Counted from the first letter of the stretch, positions 1 to 9,358 are shown. The stretch: DNA of 64,000 nt from an uncultured Acidobacteriota bacterium (GCA_963702795.1 CAVPDY010000004.1:358847-422846); one strand, 5' to 3'. The notes: generated by a model from the sequence alone, not told the origin. Numbers and translations: made by a program.

Positions 1-1974
1 TCATCGGTATATGCCTTCGGCACCCTGGTCGTGGTCGTACTGGCTGGCCTGGGGCTCGGCAGCGGCGTCTACAGCCGTACGCTGCGAACGGCAACCGCCG
101 AGGAACACAGGCGATGGTTTGCCATCCTCGAATTCCTGATTGCGTGCACCTCTGCTGTCTCCTTGATCATTCTGCCGCGGATTCCATTCCTGTTTATTCG
201 CTACTTCCCTTTGTTTCGAGACGCTTTTCGCTGGCAGATTGCCGCGCACTTCGTTGCGGCGGCGATGGTGGCCCTGGCTCCCTCGCTGCTATTCGGCGCG
301 ACGTTTCCGGCGGTCGTCGGCAGCCTCGGTGGCTCTACGGCTCGTTTTGGCCGGACGATTGGCGCCGCGTACGTGGCGAATACGATTGGCACCGTCGCGG
401 GAGCCGGCTTGGCTGGCTTCGTCCTGATCCCAACGATTGGCTTGCGCGCCACCATGACTCTGGGCGTGCTGGCAACGGCCGCCGCCGGCTTCGCCATTTG
501 GTGGCGGATCACACCGGCGAGACTGCTGCGGATCGCCGAACTTACGCCGGCACTCGCCGCTCTCTTCATCATCGCGCTGCTGCCTGCCTGGCCGCGAGAG
601 GTGTTCGCGGCCGGCATCGGTTTCTTCGCGCCTCGCCTCGAGAGCAACGAGACACTCGCCGACGTGGTGAGCAGCATGCGGCTGCTCTACTATCGCGACG
701 GCATCAACACCACCATCTCCGTCGACCAAACCGGCCAAAGCCTCTTCTACCGCTCGAATGGCAAGACCGACGCCTCGACCGACCCGGTCGACATGGCCAA
801 CCAGTTGCTCCTCGGCCACCTCCCGATGCTTCTGCATCCGGCGCCGCGCGATGTCTTCGTGCTCGGCCTCGGCACCGGAGTCACTGCCGCCGCCATCGCG
901 CGCTATCCCGTGCAGCACATCGACATCGTCGAACTGGAACCGGCGGCCGCCAAAGCCGCGCGCCTCTTTGCCCCCTACACCCGCAAGGTGCTCGACGATC
1001 CGCGCGTGCACCTGATCATCGGCGACGGCCGCAATCGGCTCCTCGGAATGCCCAAGAAATACGATGTGATCGTCTCGGATCCCTCCGACATCTGGGTGGC
1101 CGGCACCGGCTCACTCACCACGCTCGAGTACTACCGCATCGTCGCCGCGCGACTCAGGCCCGGCGGCATCTTCGCGCAATGGGTTCACACGCACGCCCTG
1201 CAGCCGGACGATCTCGACCTGTTGGCGGCCACCTTTCACGCGGTGTTTCCGCACATGGAGATTTGGACCTCTGCGCCCGGTAATTTGATTTTCTTGGGCA
1301 CTCGCGACTCCGTTCCTTGGGACTATTCCCGCCTCAAGCAGCGATTCTCGTCGATCACAGGCGTGGCTGATGACCTGAAAGTTGTTGGTGTGCTCGATCC
1401 TTACGCGCTGTTCGGCGCGCAGGTCCTCGGAGAAAACGAAAGCGACCGTTTCGTGCGCGACGTCGCCGGGTTGCACACCGACGATAATCCGGTTCTGGAA
1501 TTTCGCACTCCCCGCGCGCTATATCTCGACACGACGCCAATGATCGCGCAGGAACTCAGCGATTCTCGCAGCCCGGAGGCGCCGGCAATCGTCGGCTTCA
1601 ATCCCGAGCACGATCTCGATGCCCAAGGCGCCTATCTGCTGGGATTTGCGTTTGCGACAGTAGGCCAGTCGAACCCCGCCCTCACCTACATGGAACAGAG
1701 CACGAAGATGGCACCCAACAATCCGCTTTTCCTGGTAGGGCTTGGGAATCAGTACCGCGCGGCGGGTCGCACCGCCGATGCCCGCGCGGCGTACGAACAC
1801 GCGCTCGAGCTCGACATCAACAACGTGGAAGCGTTGCTCTCGCTGGGCGAGATCCGGCTCGACGAAGGCCAGTTGAAATGGACGCGCGTTCTAGCCGAGC
1901 GCGCGTTGCTGCTCGCGCCGCAGGATGCGCGGGCGCACGATCTTCTCGGAAAGCTCGACCAAGCGGAACGCTGA
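1..1974 (+). CDS. Membrane / spermidine-synthase-like (PABS-type SAM-dependent transferase) / TPR fusion protein; 5' end lies outside the window
   Basis: Frame 1 is open from nt 1 (listed ORF 31..1974). Hydrophobic N-terminal helices are followed by the class-I transferase motif VFVLGLGTGVTAAAIA...YDVIVSDPSD, then C-terminal TPR-like repeats (AAYEHALELDINNVEALLSLG). Stop is TGA at 1972-1974. Confidence 0.8.
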   Translation, partial: SSVYAFGTLVVVVLAGLGLGSGVYSRTLRTATAEEHRRWFAILEFLIACTSAVSLIILPRIPFLFIRYFPLFRDAFRWQIAAHFVAAAMVALAPSLLFGATFPAVVGSLGGSTARFGRTIGAAYVANTIGTVAGAGLAGFVLIPTIGLRATMTLGVLATAAAGFAIWWRITPARLLRIAELTPALAALFIIALLPAWPREVFAAGIGFFAPRLESNETLADVVSSMRLLYYRDGINTTISVDQTGQSLFYRSNGKTDASTDPVDMANQLLLGHLPMLLHPAPRDVFVLGLGTGVTAAAIARYPVQHIDIVELEPAAAKAARLFAPYTRKVLDDPRVHLIIGDGRNRLLGMPKKYDVIVSDPSDIWVAGTGSLTTLEYYRIVAARLRPGGIFAQWVHTHALQPDDLDLLAATFHAVFPHMEIWTSAPGNLIFLGTRDSVPWDYSRLKQRFSSITGVADDLKVVGVLDPYALFGAQVLGENESDRFVRDVAGLHTDDNPVLEFRTPRALYLDTTPMIAQELSDSRSPEAPAIVGFNPEHDLDAQGAYLLGFAFATVGQSNPALTYMEQSTKMAPNNPLFLVGLGNQYRAAGRTADARAAYEHALELDINNVEALLSLGEIRLDEGQLKWTRVLAERALLLAPQDARAHDLLGKLDQAER

Positions 1975-2003
1975 GGAGCGTTCCACTCTCTCGCTCAATA
2001 CTG

Positions 2004-2897
2004 CTACCGCGGTGTCGAAGTGGTGGCGCCGAACTTCTGCGGCTCGAATTCCTCCGGGACGTAGAAGGTCTCGATCGTATTTCCGGCAGCGGTGGCCACG
2101 ATCACCTCTTTATGGAGAGGATCGAGAACCATGCCGATGTCATTCGACTGCCGGCCCAGGGGAGCCACAATTTTGACCGGCGGCTCGGTGCTGGTTCCGC
2201 TTTCGGGGATCTTCCAGATCTCGAAGTTGTTTCCATAGTGCGTAATCAACTGCAACGTGGGCGGGTAAATGTCGTATTGATTGCCCATGCGAACCGGGCC
2301 TTTGATGATGGCCTTCGGGGGCGTGTCGCCGCTCGCCGTACGATCAAAGACGAGAATCGAACTGGTTTCCGCACCGACGCCCAAGACGGGCGCCAGAAGC
2401 AGATTGTGGATAGGGTCGACGCGGATGCACGGAGTATTGCCGCCGCCGTAGACGTTGCCGGGCGCTGCCCCCACGCTGTTATCGGTGTTCTGCTTGCCCA
2501 GTGACAGCTGGGTATGCGGGCCGCCGAGAATCCGCTTCGGAGCCACGTTGCCATTGTCCGTTCGATTGAACACTAGAATCGTTTGATCCGGCGTCGCGAT
2601 ATAGATTTCGTTGTGCACCGGGTCGATGCTCACCTTGCCCGTTGCGCCCACACCCTTGATCTGCGTCTTGTCTCCCTGGATCACTCGTAGAGGCGCTTCC
2701 TCTCCGCTGGCTGCGCCGCGGAACGACAAAATCGCTTGCGTCAGCGGGCTGGTCACTACGATCTCGTCGTGGATTCCGTCAAACGCGATGTCGTGCATCG
2801 TGCGGCCCAACAGTGATCCCTGACCTTCAATGGCCCTCAGTGGCGGGCTGTCTTCTTTCGCCGACCTGGCGAAAACCGCGATCTGCGGTTGGTTCAC
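2004..2897 (-). CDS. Beta-propeller repeat protein, distal part (no signal peptide); same frame as 2898..4295 and contiguous with it
   Basis: Listed ORF of 297 aa starting at GTG directly after the TGA of the upstream ORF. Carries the same repeat unit (SPPLRAIEGQG, EAPLRVIQGDKTQIKG, VAPKRILGGPHTQLSL, TPPKAIIKGPVRMG). No Shine-Dalgarno sequence within 5-10 nt of the GTG. Confidence 0.7.
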   Translation of the reverse strand: MNQPQIAVFARSAKEDSPPLRAIEGQGSLLGRTMHDIAFDGIHDEIVVTSPLTQAILSFRGAASGEEAPLRVIQGDKTQIKGVGATGKVSIDPVHNEIYIATPDQTILVFNRTDNGNVAPKRILGGPHTQLSLGKQNTDNSVGAAPGNVYGGGNTPCIRVDPIHNLLLAPVLGVGAETSSILVFDRTASGDTPPKAIIKGPVRMGNQYDIYPPTLQLITHYGNNFEIWKIPESGTSTEPPVKIVAPLGRQSNDIGMVLDPLHKEVIVATAAGNTIETFYVPEEFEPQKFGATTSTPR

Positions 2898-2900
2898 TCA
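2856..2900 (-). other. In-frame TGA (2898-2900) followed by two adjacent hairpins; candidate recoding or readthrough site
   Basis: Minus-strand sequence is TGA GTG AAC CAA CCG CAG ATC GCG GTT TTC GCC AGG TCG GCG AAA. Hairpin 1 is AACCGC-AGATC-GCGGTT (+11..+27 from the U of UGA). Hairpin 2 is TTTCGCC-AGGTC-GGCGAAA (+27..+45). Confidence 0.5.
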
Positions 2901-4295
2901 ATTCGGTACCAGGATTTCCTGGCGGATGGGATCGTACGTCACCGCCGCGGTCCTCCCGAAGTTCACTCCTACCTTGCTCTCTTCCGCGCTGCGAATCACA
3001 CGCAACGGCGACGCGTCGCCATCGGCCATGATCGGATACACCGTGGCCGAGGAGTTGCCGAGGTTGGAAACCCAAACCTCTTTGTTCTTGAGGTCGAGCG
3101 CCACGCCCGTCGGATTGCGCAGGCGCGTCGAAGGCCCGTGAATCACTCGGGCTGGCGCGACGTTGCCGTTCGCCTTCGGAGCGTTGGCGAAGACCAGCAC
3201 GGACTGGCCAATGTCGTTGGCAACGTACAGGTCGCCATTGTCCGGGTTGTACTTCATGCCGCCGGGCCAATCGAGCTGGGTCTTATCGCCGCTGATGGTG
3301 CGCAGCGGCTTGGCGTCGCCGTTGGCATCCAGCGCATAGACTTGAATCCCGGGCGGCAGGAATTTGCCGGTGCCGGCGGTGGTGAAATCACTGTGGTGGC
3401 CCCAGGTATTGACGAACAACAGGTGGTCCTTTTCATCCACGGTGATGCCATGGGGCGCGTCCAGCATGGTGTCGTTCCCGAGGATTCGGCGCACCGGACG
3501 GTCTTCGCCTTTGGCGTGCTTGGGGTAGACCACCACCTGCGGCGGAAATTCGACGGTCAGGAACAACTCCTGCGTCTGCTCATCGGCCGCGATGTTGTAC
3601 ACCCGGTGCGGCGTGTGCAGGATCGAGATCGGACTCTCGTCCCCTTGCGCTTCCCGCGCGAAACGCTCCATCTTGTCGCCCGTGTCCGATTCCACCGAGT
3701 AGATGTCCCCACTCACCGGGTCCACGTAGAGACCGTTATTGAATTGCAGCGCTGTGTGATCTCCCGTGACGATGCGCTTCGGCGGCGTGATGTCCGTATC
3801 GTTCTTGGGCGTCGGAGACAAGCGGTCAAAGACCCGGTAGGACCACAGGTTGTTGTCCGTCATGATCACTTCGTTGGAATTCACATCGACGGCGATCGAA
3901 CTGTAGGTTGGAGCCGTATCGCGAATCGTGCGCACTGGCAAGCGCGCGCCCTTGGCCCTCAGCTCCGCCGTCTCTTTGAGCTGCTGCTCTGTGTGGGGAA
4001 AAGAAAAATATTCGTTGGCTTGATCGCCTGGCACCCCGCCCGCTCCGCGCTGGCCGGCGGCTTGCCGTGGTTCGGTTTCCAGCTTGGCGAGCAGAGCCTG
4101 CTCCTGCGGGGAGTCCGCCGTATTCGGATTGGCGCTCGCGGATTCGTCCCACGAGCAAGCGTCGGTATTCTGGGGAAGCTGCCGGACCGACACCAAACGA
4201 GATGTGCCCTCGGGAGCGGCGCCCGCAAAGACGCCGATCGCGATCAAGGACACCGCGAGAACCATCCATTCAAATTTTCTGGGTTTCACGCGCAT
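2898..4295 (-). CDS. Secreted beta-propeller repeat protein, proximal part (signal peptide, low-complexity linker, about 6.5 blades)
   Basis: Listed ORF of 465 aa. N-terminal hydrophobic segment is MRVKPRKFEWMVLAVSLIAIGVFAGA. Repeated motif ..P.R.I.G..T.L..P.G...D occurs as AKPLRTISGDKTQLDWPGG, VAPARVIHGPSTRLRNPTG and ASPLRVIRSAEE. The ORF ends ...EILVPN-TGA in the middle of a repeat unit. Confidence 0.8.
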   Translation of the reverse strand: MRVKPRKFEWMVLAVSLIAIGVFAGAAPEGTSRLVSVRQLPQNTDACSWDESASANPNTADSPQEQALLAKLETEPRQAAGQRGAGGVPGDQANEYFSFPHTEQQLKETAELRAKGARLPVRTIRDTAPTYSSIAVDVNSNEVIMTDNNLWSYRVFDRLSPTPKNDTDITPPKRIVTGDHTALQFNNGLYVDPVSGDIYSVESDTGDKMERFAREAQGDESPISILHTPHRVYNIAADEQTQELFLTVEFPPQVVVYPKHAKGEDRPVRRILGNDTMLDAPHGITVDEKDHLLFVNTWGHHSDFTTAGTGKFLPPGIQVYALDANGDAKPLRTISGDKTQLDWPGGMKYNPDNGDLYVANDIGQSVLVFANAPKANGNVAPARVIHGPSTRLRNPTGVALDLKNKEVWVSNLGNSSATVYPIMADGDASPLRVIRSAEESKVGVNFGRTAAVTYDPIRQEILVPN

Positions 4296-4567
4296 TGGAC
4301 TCCTTGAGGCTGCCTCGCACGCACGGGAATTCGATTGATTAACTTTACGCTCGCGCCTCGGAGGAGGTCAAGCCGCGCCAGACTTATTCCAGTTCGGGTG
4401 CGCAAGGTTCGAGCACCCGCCCGGCGCTGGAATCGAGCTGCAGGTCAGGGGCACCAGTCCGTGTTTTGTGGGGAAACAGAGTGCGGGTTTACAGATCGGC
4501 GAAGACATCTGGCTCGCGTAAAGGCAGTTGGAACGAATGTATTTGTCCCGCGCAATGTCGCAGAGAT

Positions 4568-5530
4568 TTACTTGCCGGGCTTATCGAGGTTGCCTCCGCC
4601 AGCATCCGCGGCATTTTTATACAGCTCGTTATAGAGCGCTTGCTGCGAGACGGAGCAAATCATCTCGCGAATATCGAAGCTCGGCGAATTCATCCCCAAG
4701 CGGAAATTTTTCAGCGGATACCAAGGTTGCGTATACATCGTCGGGTCAGTGATCTTCAGGGTCAGATCAATGTTGAATTCGTCCACACGGTGAAAGGTTT
4801 CCTCCACGACCAAGTCGCTGCTATGCGGCCGGCCGACATTATCAATCCAGGTGCTGTCGTCCAGCCCGGTGGTTGTCACGACCAGCGTGGTATCGTCCAC
4901 CCACTTACCCACCGAGTATCCGAACCACCGCGGCTCAGTAATCACCTTGGGCAGATCCCGTCCGTCCGTCCAGATGGTGCGGAATGTCCTGGTGTTTTGA
5001 TAGAGCATCAAGACCTGATCCTTGGTTTGAACGATTTGCACCGCCCTCAGGTTGAAAAGTTCGATGCGCGGAAATCCAATCGGATCGCAGGTGTCGAAGG
5101 GATCGTTAATCTCCGTAATGGGAGCTATGTTGGTGCCAAATCCCGTTTTGTGGGACAGCATGGTCTGTTTGCCCAAAGGGGTGTACGGCATGATGGCCTC
5201 ATGCTGCGGATCGCTGGGCATGTCCCTTGGGCCGGTGAACATGACTCCGTCCCGATATGCGGGGACTGGCTCCCAAATCCCGGATAGGTCATGGAGCGGA
5301 GCAGGGCCGGGCTTCTTGCCCGTCGCTTCGATAGGCCCTTGCGGACGGTCCCAACCGTCGAGGTGTATGTTCTGGTTTTCTCCACCCGCAGCAGGCGCCG
5401 GCTGTTGGGACGTCCCCTGACCATCTCCGCCCCCTGCCCTCTGCGCGGGCGGAGCGGTTTGAGCTCGTGCTACAGAGAAGAGCGTCAGCGCCGCAAGTGC
5501 TGTTGCCAAGCCGACAAAATGCCTTAGCAT
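4568..5530 (-). CDS. Secreted protein of unknown function (paralog of 22829..23696)
   Basis: Listed ORF of 320 aa. Signal peptide is MLRHFVGLATALAALTLFSVARAQ. Shares DLSG.W, C(D/E)P.G.PRI, TDGR..P, W.G.SVG.W.GDTLV..T and D..L.I.I.DP...T.PW blocks with the ORFs at 22829/23283. Confidence 0.7.
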   Translation of the reverse strand: MLRHFVGLATALAALTLFSVARAQTAPPAQRAGGGDGQGTSQQPAPAAGGENQNIHLDGWDRPQGPIEATGKKPGPAPLHDLSGIWEPVPAYRDGVMFTGPRDMPSDPQHEAIMPYTPLGKQTMLSHKTGFGTNIAPITEINDPFDTCDPIGFPRIELFNLRAVQIVQTKDQVLMLYQNTRTFRTIWTDGRDLPKVITEPRWFGYSVGKWVDDTTLVVTTTGLDDSTWIDNVGRPHSSDLVVEETFHRVDEFNIDLTLKITDPTMYTQPWYPLKNFRLGMNSPSFDIREMICSVSQQALYNELYKNAADAGGGNLDKPGK

Positions 5531-5583
5531 TGTCTTAGTCCTCGAAGGGTGCGGGCTCTACCGCCATGCGAAAACCCAGCTGC

Positions 5584-5967
5584 CTATTTCACGTTCGAAT
5601 GCATTACGTAGCCATTGGCGAGGATAATTCTGTCGATACGTCCGATGGGCGCGCCATTTCCGGCCACGGCTGCCAGGATTACCGTAACCACATCCCCAGC
5701 TTTGAAGGTCTTGGCGTTGTAGCCAAAATTGACGAGAGTAGACGGAGCCTGGTTTTCGCAGACCCAATGCACAACGTCGCCCTTGTCATCGGTAACGTCG
5801 ACCAGCAGAAAAGTATGCGGATTGGCCCAGATCCATTTTGTCACCGTTCCCTTGACGGTGACCTCCTTGTTCACGTACGACGCGTTTCCGTGATGCGCGG
5901 ACAGTGAAACCGAAACCGCTAAGAGGCCTGCCAACATCAGCAAAGTTATCTTAAGGTTGGTTCTCAT
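5584..5967 (-). CDS. Small secreted DUF6152-like protein (signal peptide then HH motif)
   Basis: ATG at 5967 (MRTNLKITLLMLAGLLAVSVSLSA-HHGNASY) is preceded by GGAGGG. It is preferred over the listed start at 6024. The ...VTVKGTVTKWIWANPH... block matches its paralog at 22391..22801. Confidence 0.7.
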   Translation of the reverse strand: MRTNLKITLLMLAGLLAVSVSLSAHHGNASYVNKEVTVKGTVTKWIWANPHTFLLVDVTDDKGDVVHWVCENQAPSTLVNFGYNAKTFKAGDVVTVILAAVAGNGAPIGRIDRIILANGYVMHSNVK

Positions 5968-6364
5968 CTTGGCCCTCCGGGGTTTCTCTCCGGGACGCCG
6001 GGCTTTCGCTGGGTCCCAATGCACGGAAGTTTAGATCAGGAAACAGGACAAGGTCGAGCACTAAATCGCAGAATTGCCGGCGCAAAATATGGGAGCAAGT
6101 ATGGCGATAGCAAGCAGCCCATCCATGGTTTCCCTCCCGATTGTCAGCGTCCACTGCCAGTTCCGGCTGCCGGGGACGGCATGCCAGGCCGAAAATCGGT
6201 CGTGAGGCCACATTCCTATAATCACCGTCTCTCGGGACTTGGCTATGAGAACTTCCTCGTTTAGACCTGCTCCGGCGGCAAGTTCGTTGTGCCCATGGCC
6301 GGAGAAGGGTATGATGCGCGAATCTGAGGCGCGAGTCGGAAATCCCCGGTAAGGAGCGGCACGA

Positions 6365-7471
6365 ATGAAGAACTATTTTGTGGATGTGCTTTCTCTCACC
6401 TTGCTGCTCACTATTGCAACTCCAAAGGTGGCCCGCGCGCAAGGGTCCATGGCCGCGGCGCAACCGCACCTTGACAAAGCCAAGGCAGCCGCGTGGAATC
6501 CGAAAGAACCTCTCAACGACCTTACGCATTTGTACGAAGTTGTTTGCGGACCGGCAATGAGTGAGAAGGGTCCCCGGGCCGACGCGGAGCCTGGGCCACC
6601 GGAACTGCATAAGACTCCACCGCGGAACGAGTGGTACCAGGAACCGGCCAAAGTGTTCGATAACCTGTATTGGCTGGGCAGCTGGGGCAGCGCTTCCCGT
6701 GTTCCTCCAGGCCCGGGAGGACAGTCTACTTGGGCCGTCACGACGTCCGATGGAATCATCCTGATCGACAGCGGCTATGACTATAGCGCCCCCGTCTTGA
6801 TCACGGGCGGACTGAAGAAGATGGGGCTCGATCCGACCCAGATCAAGTATGTCATCCTCAGCCACGCGCACAGCGATCGTTATTGGGGATCGAAATATCT
6901 CCAAGACACCTACCATGCGCACCTCATCATGTCCGAAACGGATTGGAATGGAATCAAGATCAGTCCCGACCCTGAGGACGTGAAGCCGAAGAAGGATATG
7001 ATCGCGACCGATGGGATGAAGGTGACCTTGGGCGACACTACGCTAACCATCTACCTCACTCCGGGACATACGCCAGGCACGATCTCCACTCTCGTTCCGC
7101 TGAAGGATGGAAATCAGCGTCATCTTGGCGCGGTATGGGGAGGCATCAATGCCGGTCTCTACGGCCACGGGGTCCGCAATGGCCCGAATCTGCAAGCAGT
7201 CGACCAGATGTGGATTACATCCGCCACTCGATTCAAGGAGATTGCGGATAAGGCAGGGGTCGACACCTATCTTGCCATCCACCCTTTCTATGACAATGCA
7301 CTGGAAAAGATCCACCTGCTGCAATACCGGAAACCAGGGGAACCCAATATCATGGTGAGCAAAGACAATTTCGATCGCTTTATGACCATCATCAAGGAAT
7401 GCACCGAGGCAGAATTGGCCCGGCTAGGACCGGCGCCTGCGCAGGAGACAAAAGGACAGTCAGGACAGTAA
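6365..7471 (+). CDS. Secreted metallo-beta-lactamase-fold hydrolase
   Basis: Listed ORF of 368 aa. Has an N-terminal signal peptide, the MBL motif YVILSHAHSDRYWG, and a downstream LTPGHTPG block. Confidence 0.8.
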   Translation: MKNYFVDVLSLTLLLTIATPKVARAQGSMAAAQPHLDKAKAAAWNPKEPLNDLTHLYEVVCGPAMSEKGPRADAEPGPPELHKTPPRNEWYQEPAKVFDNLYWLGSWGSASRVPPGPGGQSTWAVTTSDGIILIDSGYDYSAPVLITGGLKKMGLDPTQIKYVILSHAHSDRYWGSKYLQDTYHAHLIMSETDWNGIKISPDPEDVKPKKDMIATDGMKVTLGDTTLTIYLTPGHTPGTISTLVPLKDGNQRHLGAVWGGINAGLYGHGVRNGPNLQAVDQMWITSATRFKEIADKAGVDTYLAIHPFYDNALEKIHLLQYRKPGEPNIMVSKDNFDRFMTIIKECTEAELARLGPAPAQETKGQSGQ

Positions 7472-7664
7472 TTTATAGCTCAGGAGTTGGGGCTGGGCCG
7501 CTCGGTGCCCGCAGCCGGCGTATACTTCAGCCGTGATCCGCGTTGGATCAGCGTCAGTGGGCTTTCGCTCACCTTAACAGTGACGAGCGTCGCCAAGGTA
7601 AGAATAGAACTTCCAAAGCAAACATTCCCAGCTGTGATTTAATACGCTTTACACAGGAACCGGA

Positions 7665-8618
7665 ATGAAGATTTGGACGGAATGGGTCGACTCACCGCAG
7701 CACATATGGCTCCGCAGAGCTATCTTCCAGATTCACCTGTGGAGCGGAATTGCCCTCGGCGTCTACGTGGTGGTGATCAGTCTCAGCGGCAGCGCGGCGG
7801 TCTTCAATCGCGAACTGTACACCGCGTTCCTGCCCCAGCCCAAAATCGTGAACATGGCCGGCACGCGCATGACGCGCGCCGAACTCAAATCGGCGGCGCA
7901 AAAAGCGCATCCGGGAGCGAGCATCGCACGCGTCGTGCTTCCGGTGGACCCGCACTACGCGGCAACGATCACGCTGGGCCTAGGCGTCAACGCCGATCAG
8001 CGGCTCTTCGATCCCTACACAGGCCTGGACATCGGCAACGCGCGGCCTTTCGGCCTTCGCATGGTGAGTTTCTTCTCCCAGCTGCACATGAATCTGCTGA
8101 TGGACTACACCGGAAGAGTCGTGAACGGCGTGGGCGGGTTCCTGGTCACCGCGCTCACCCTGACCGGAATGATTATCTGGTGGCCGGGAATCAGAAGATG
8201 GCGCGACAGCCTGACGGTTCGTTGGGACACCAACCTGAAACGCCTCAACTGGGGCCTGCACAGCGCCATCGGCTTCTGGACCTCGGCGATCGTCCTCATG
8301 TGGGCCGCCACGGGCGCTTATCTGGTGTTTCCCAAACCGTTCAACGTGCTCATCGATTCGCTGGCCGGCCGGGCGATCAGCCTGGGCCAAATGCCGCACT
8401 CGATTCACGTGGGGGACTTCGGCGGCTGGCCTGTAAAGGCCGTGTGGGTGGCTCTTGGCCTGGTGCCCCCCGCGCTCTTCGTCACGGGCTTCATCATGTG
8501 GTGGCACCGCGTGGTGCAGCCGTTCGTTCGAATGCGACTCCGCCGCGCGGTGCCAACGCAAGCGGATCTTTCCCTCCCCGAGCCGCTTTTCGAAACCGAC
8601 CGCGTCGGCCAGCCGTAA
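7665..8618 (+). CDS. PepSY-associated transmembrane protein (PiuB-like)
   Basis: Listed ORF of 317 aa. The N-terminus LRRAIFQIHLWSGIALGVYVVVISLSGSAAVFNRELY is typical of PepSY_TM proteins. About four TM helices. Confidence 0.8.
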   Translation: MKIWTEWVDSPQHIWLRRAIFQIHLWSGIALGVYVVVISLSGSAAVFNRELYTAFLPQPKIVNMAGTRMTRAELKSAAQKAHPGASIARVVLPVDPHYAATITLGLGVNADQRLFDPYTGLDIGNARPFGLRMVSFFSQLHMNLLMDYTGRVVNGVGGFLVTALTLTGMIIWWPGIRRWRDSLTVRWDTNLKRLNWGLHSAIGFWTSAIVLMWAATGAYLVFPKPFNVLIDSLAGRAISLGQMPHSIHVGDFGGWPVKAVWVALGLVPPALFVTGFIMWWHRVVQPFVRMRLRRAVPTQADLSLPEPLFETDRVGQP

Positions 8619-8697
8619 ACCTTGGGCTCAGCCTCGGCGACGGGCCGGTGCTTTAACGGGCCACCTGAGGCGCCACCATGCGTTAGCGCTGGCGAAG

Positions 8698-9123
8698 TTA
8701 TTTGGCCGGATCCTCCGGTGTAGTGGTCTCGGAAGGTTTATTGGCTTTCAGCTTAGCCAGCGATTCGTCCACGCGCTTCTTGAAGTCACCCTGGTCGTTG
8801 TGCGAAAGCCCGCTGTACATCGACACCACACTCATCTCGCACCCGGTGCCCATCGGCGCCAAGGCGACGGAGTTTTTGCCCTGGTTGATCGCGCCGCTAA
8901 TGGACCAATGAATGGAATGTTTCACATTGTAGTTGGCGGTCATTTTGTCCTCGTCACTCTGCACGTCCTTGTAGTTGTCCGGATTGGCAAGGGCGGCTTT
9001 GACCGCGCCCCAAACCTCGCTGCAAGGAACGGGATAGGTAGTCTTGTAAGTCTTGTCGCCGACACCGAACGCCGGCAGAGCAACCGAGAGCAATGTTGCT
9101 ACAAGCACAAGTCTCGTCTTCAT
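8698..9123 (-). CDS. Small secreted protein or lipoprotein, unknown function
   Basis: The internal ATG at 9123 gives MKTRLVLVATLLSVALPAFG, a signal peptide. The listed ORF extends to 9240, but that extension lacks signal-peptide character. Confidence 0.55.
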   Translation of the reverse strand: MKTRLVLVATLLSVALPAFGVGDKTYKTTYPVPCSEVWGAVKAALANPDNYKDVQSDEDKMTANYNVKHSIHWSISGAINQGKNSVALAPMGTGCEMSVVSMYSGLSHNDQGDFKKRVDESLAKLKANKPSETTTPEDPAK

Positions 9124-9325
9124 GATGGTATGTCTCCCCGGGCGAAAGCTGCTTCTTGGACTGTGAACACCGAGCCGCCATCCCCCTAGAACAACGTTAC
9201 GGTAGGGCGCTCGAAACACTTCGTCGGTGCCCCAAATCACATGTGGCGGTGACCAGCCGTCCCTTGGAAATCAGCGGACCTTGACGGGCAGCGCGAGGGA
9301 TCACAAGATTTCGCTTGAGGGGCAG

Positions 9326-9358
9326 AAAAAAACAGGGCCGGGCTGCGCGCCCGGCCCT
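9326..9358 (-). terminator. Rho-independent terminator after beta-propeller copy 2
   Basis: On the minus strand a 10-bp stem AGGGCCGGGC/GCCCGGCCCT with a 5-nt loop is followed by GTTTTTTTC. It lies 28 nt past the reconstructed stop at 9386-9388. Confidence 0.65.

Noticed and set aside
1965-1984. Hairpin GGAACGCT-GAGG-AGCGTTCC overlapping the stop codon between the convergent genes at 1974 and 2004.
   Set aside because: No U-tract on either strand. It is plausible as a bidirectional terminator, but the evidence is too weak to call.
1972-2900. Idea that TGA is globally reassigned in this organism, which would explain the split propeller.
   Set aside because: Well-supported genes in the window terminate at TGA, for example the spermidine-synthase-like gene at 1972-1974 and the transposase at 40516-40518. 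Any decoding of the propeller UGA must therefore be local.
2889-4307. 472-aa plus-strand ORF antisense to the beta-propeller gene. Similar antisense ORFs occur at 10722..11480, 29960..30928, 37968..39002, 39427..40206 and 16395..17036.
   Set aside because: Each overlaps a gene with clear domain or repeat structure on the other strand and has Arg/Gly/His-rich composition. I treated them as GC-driven artefacts.
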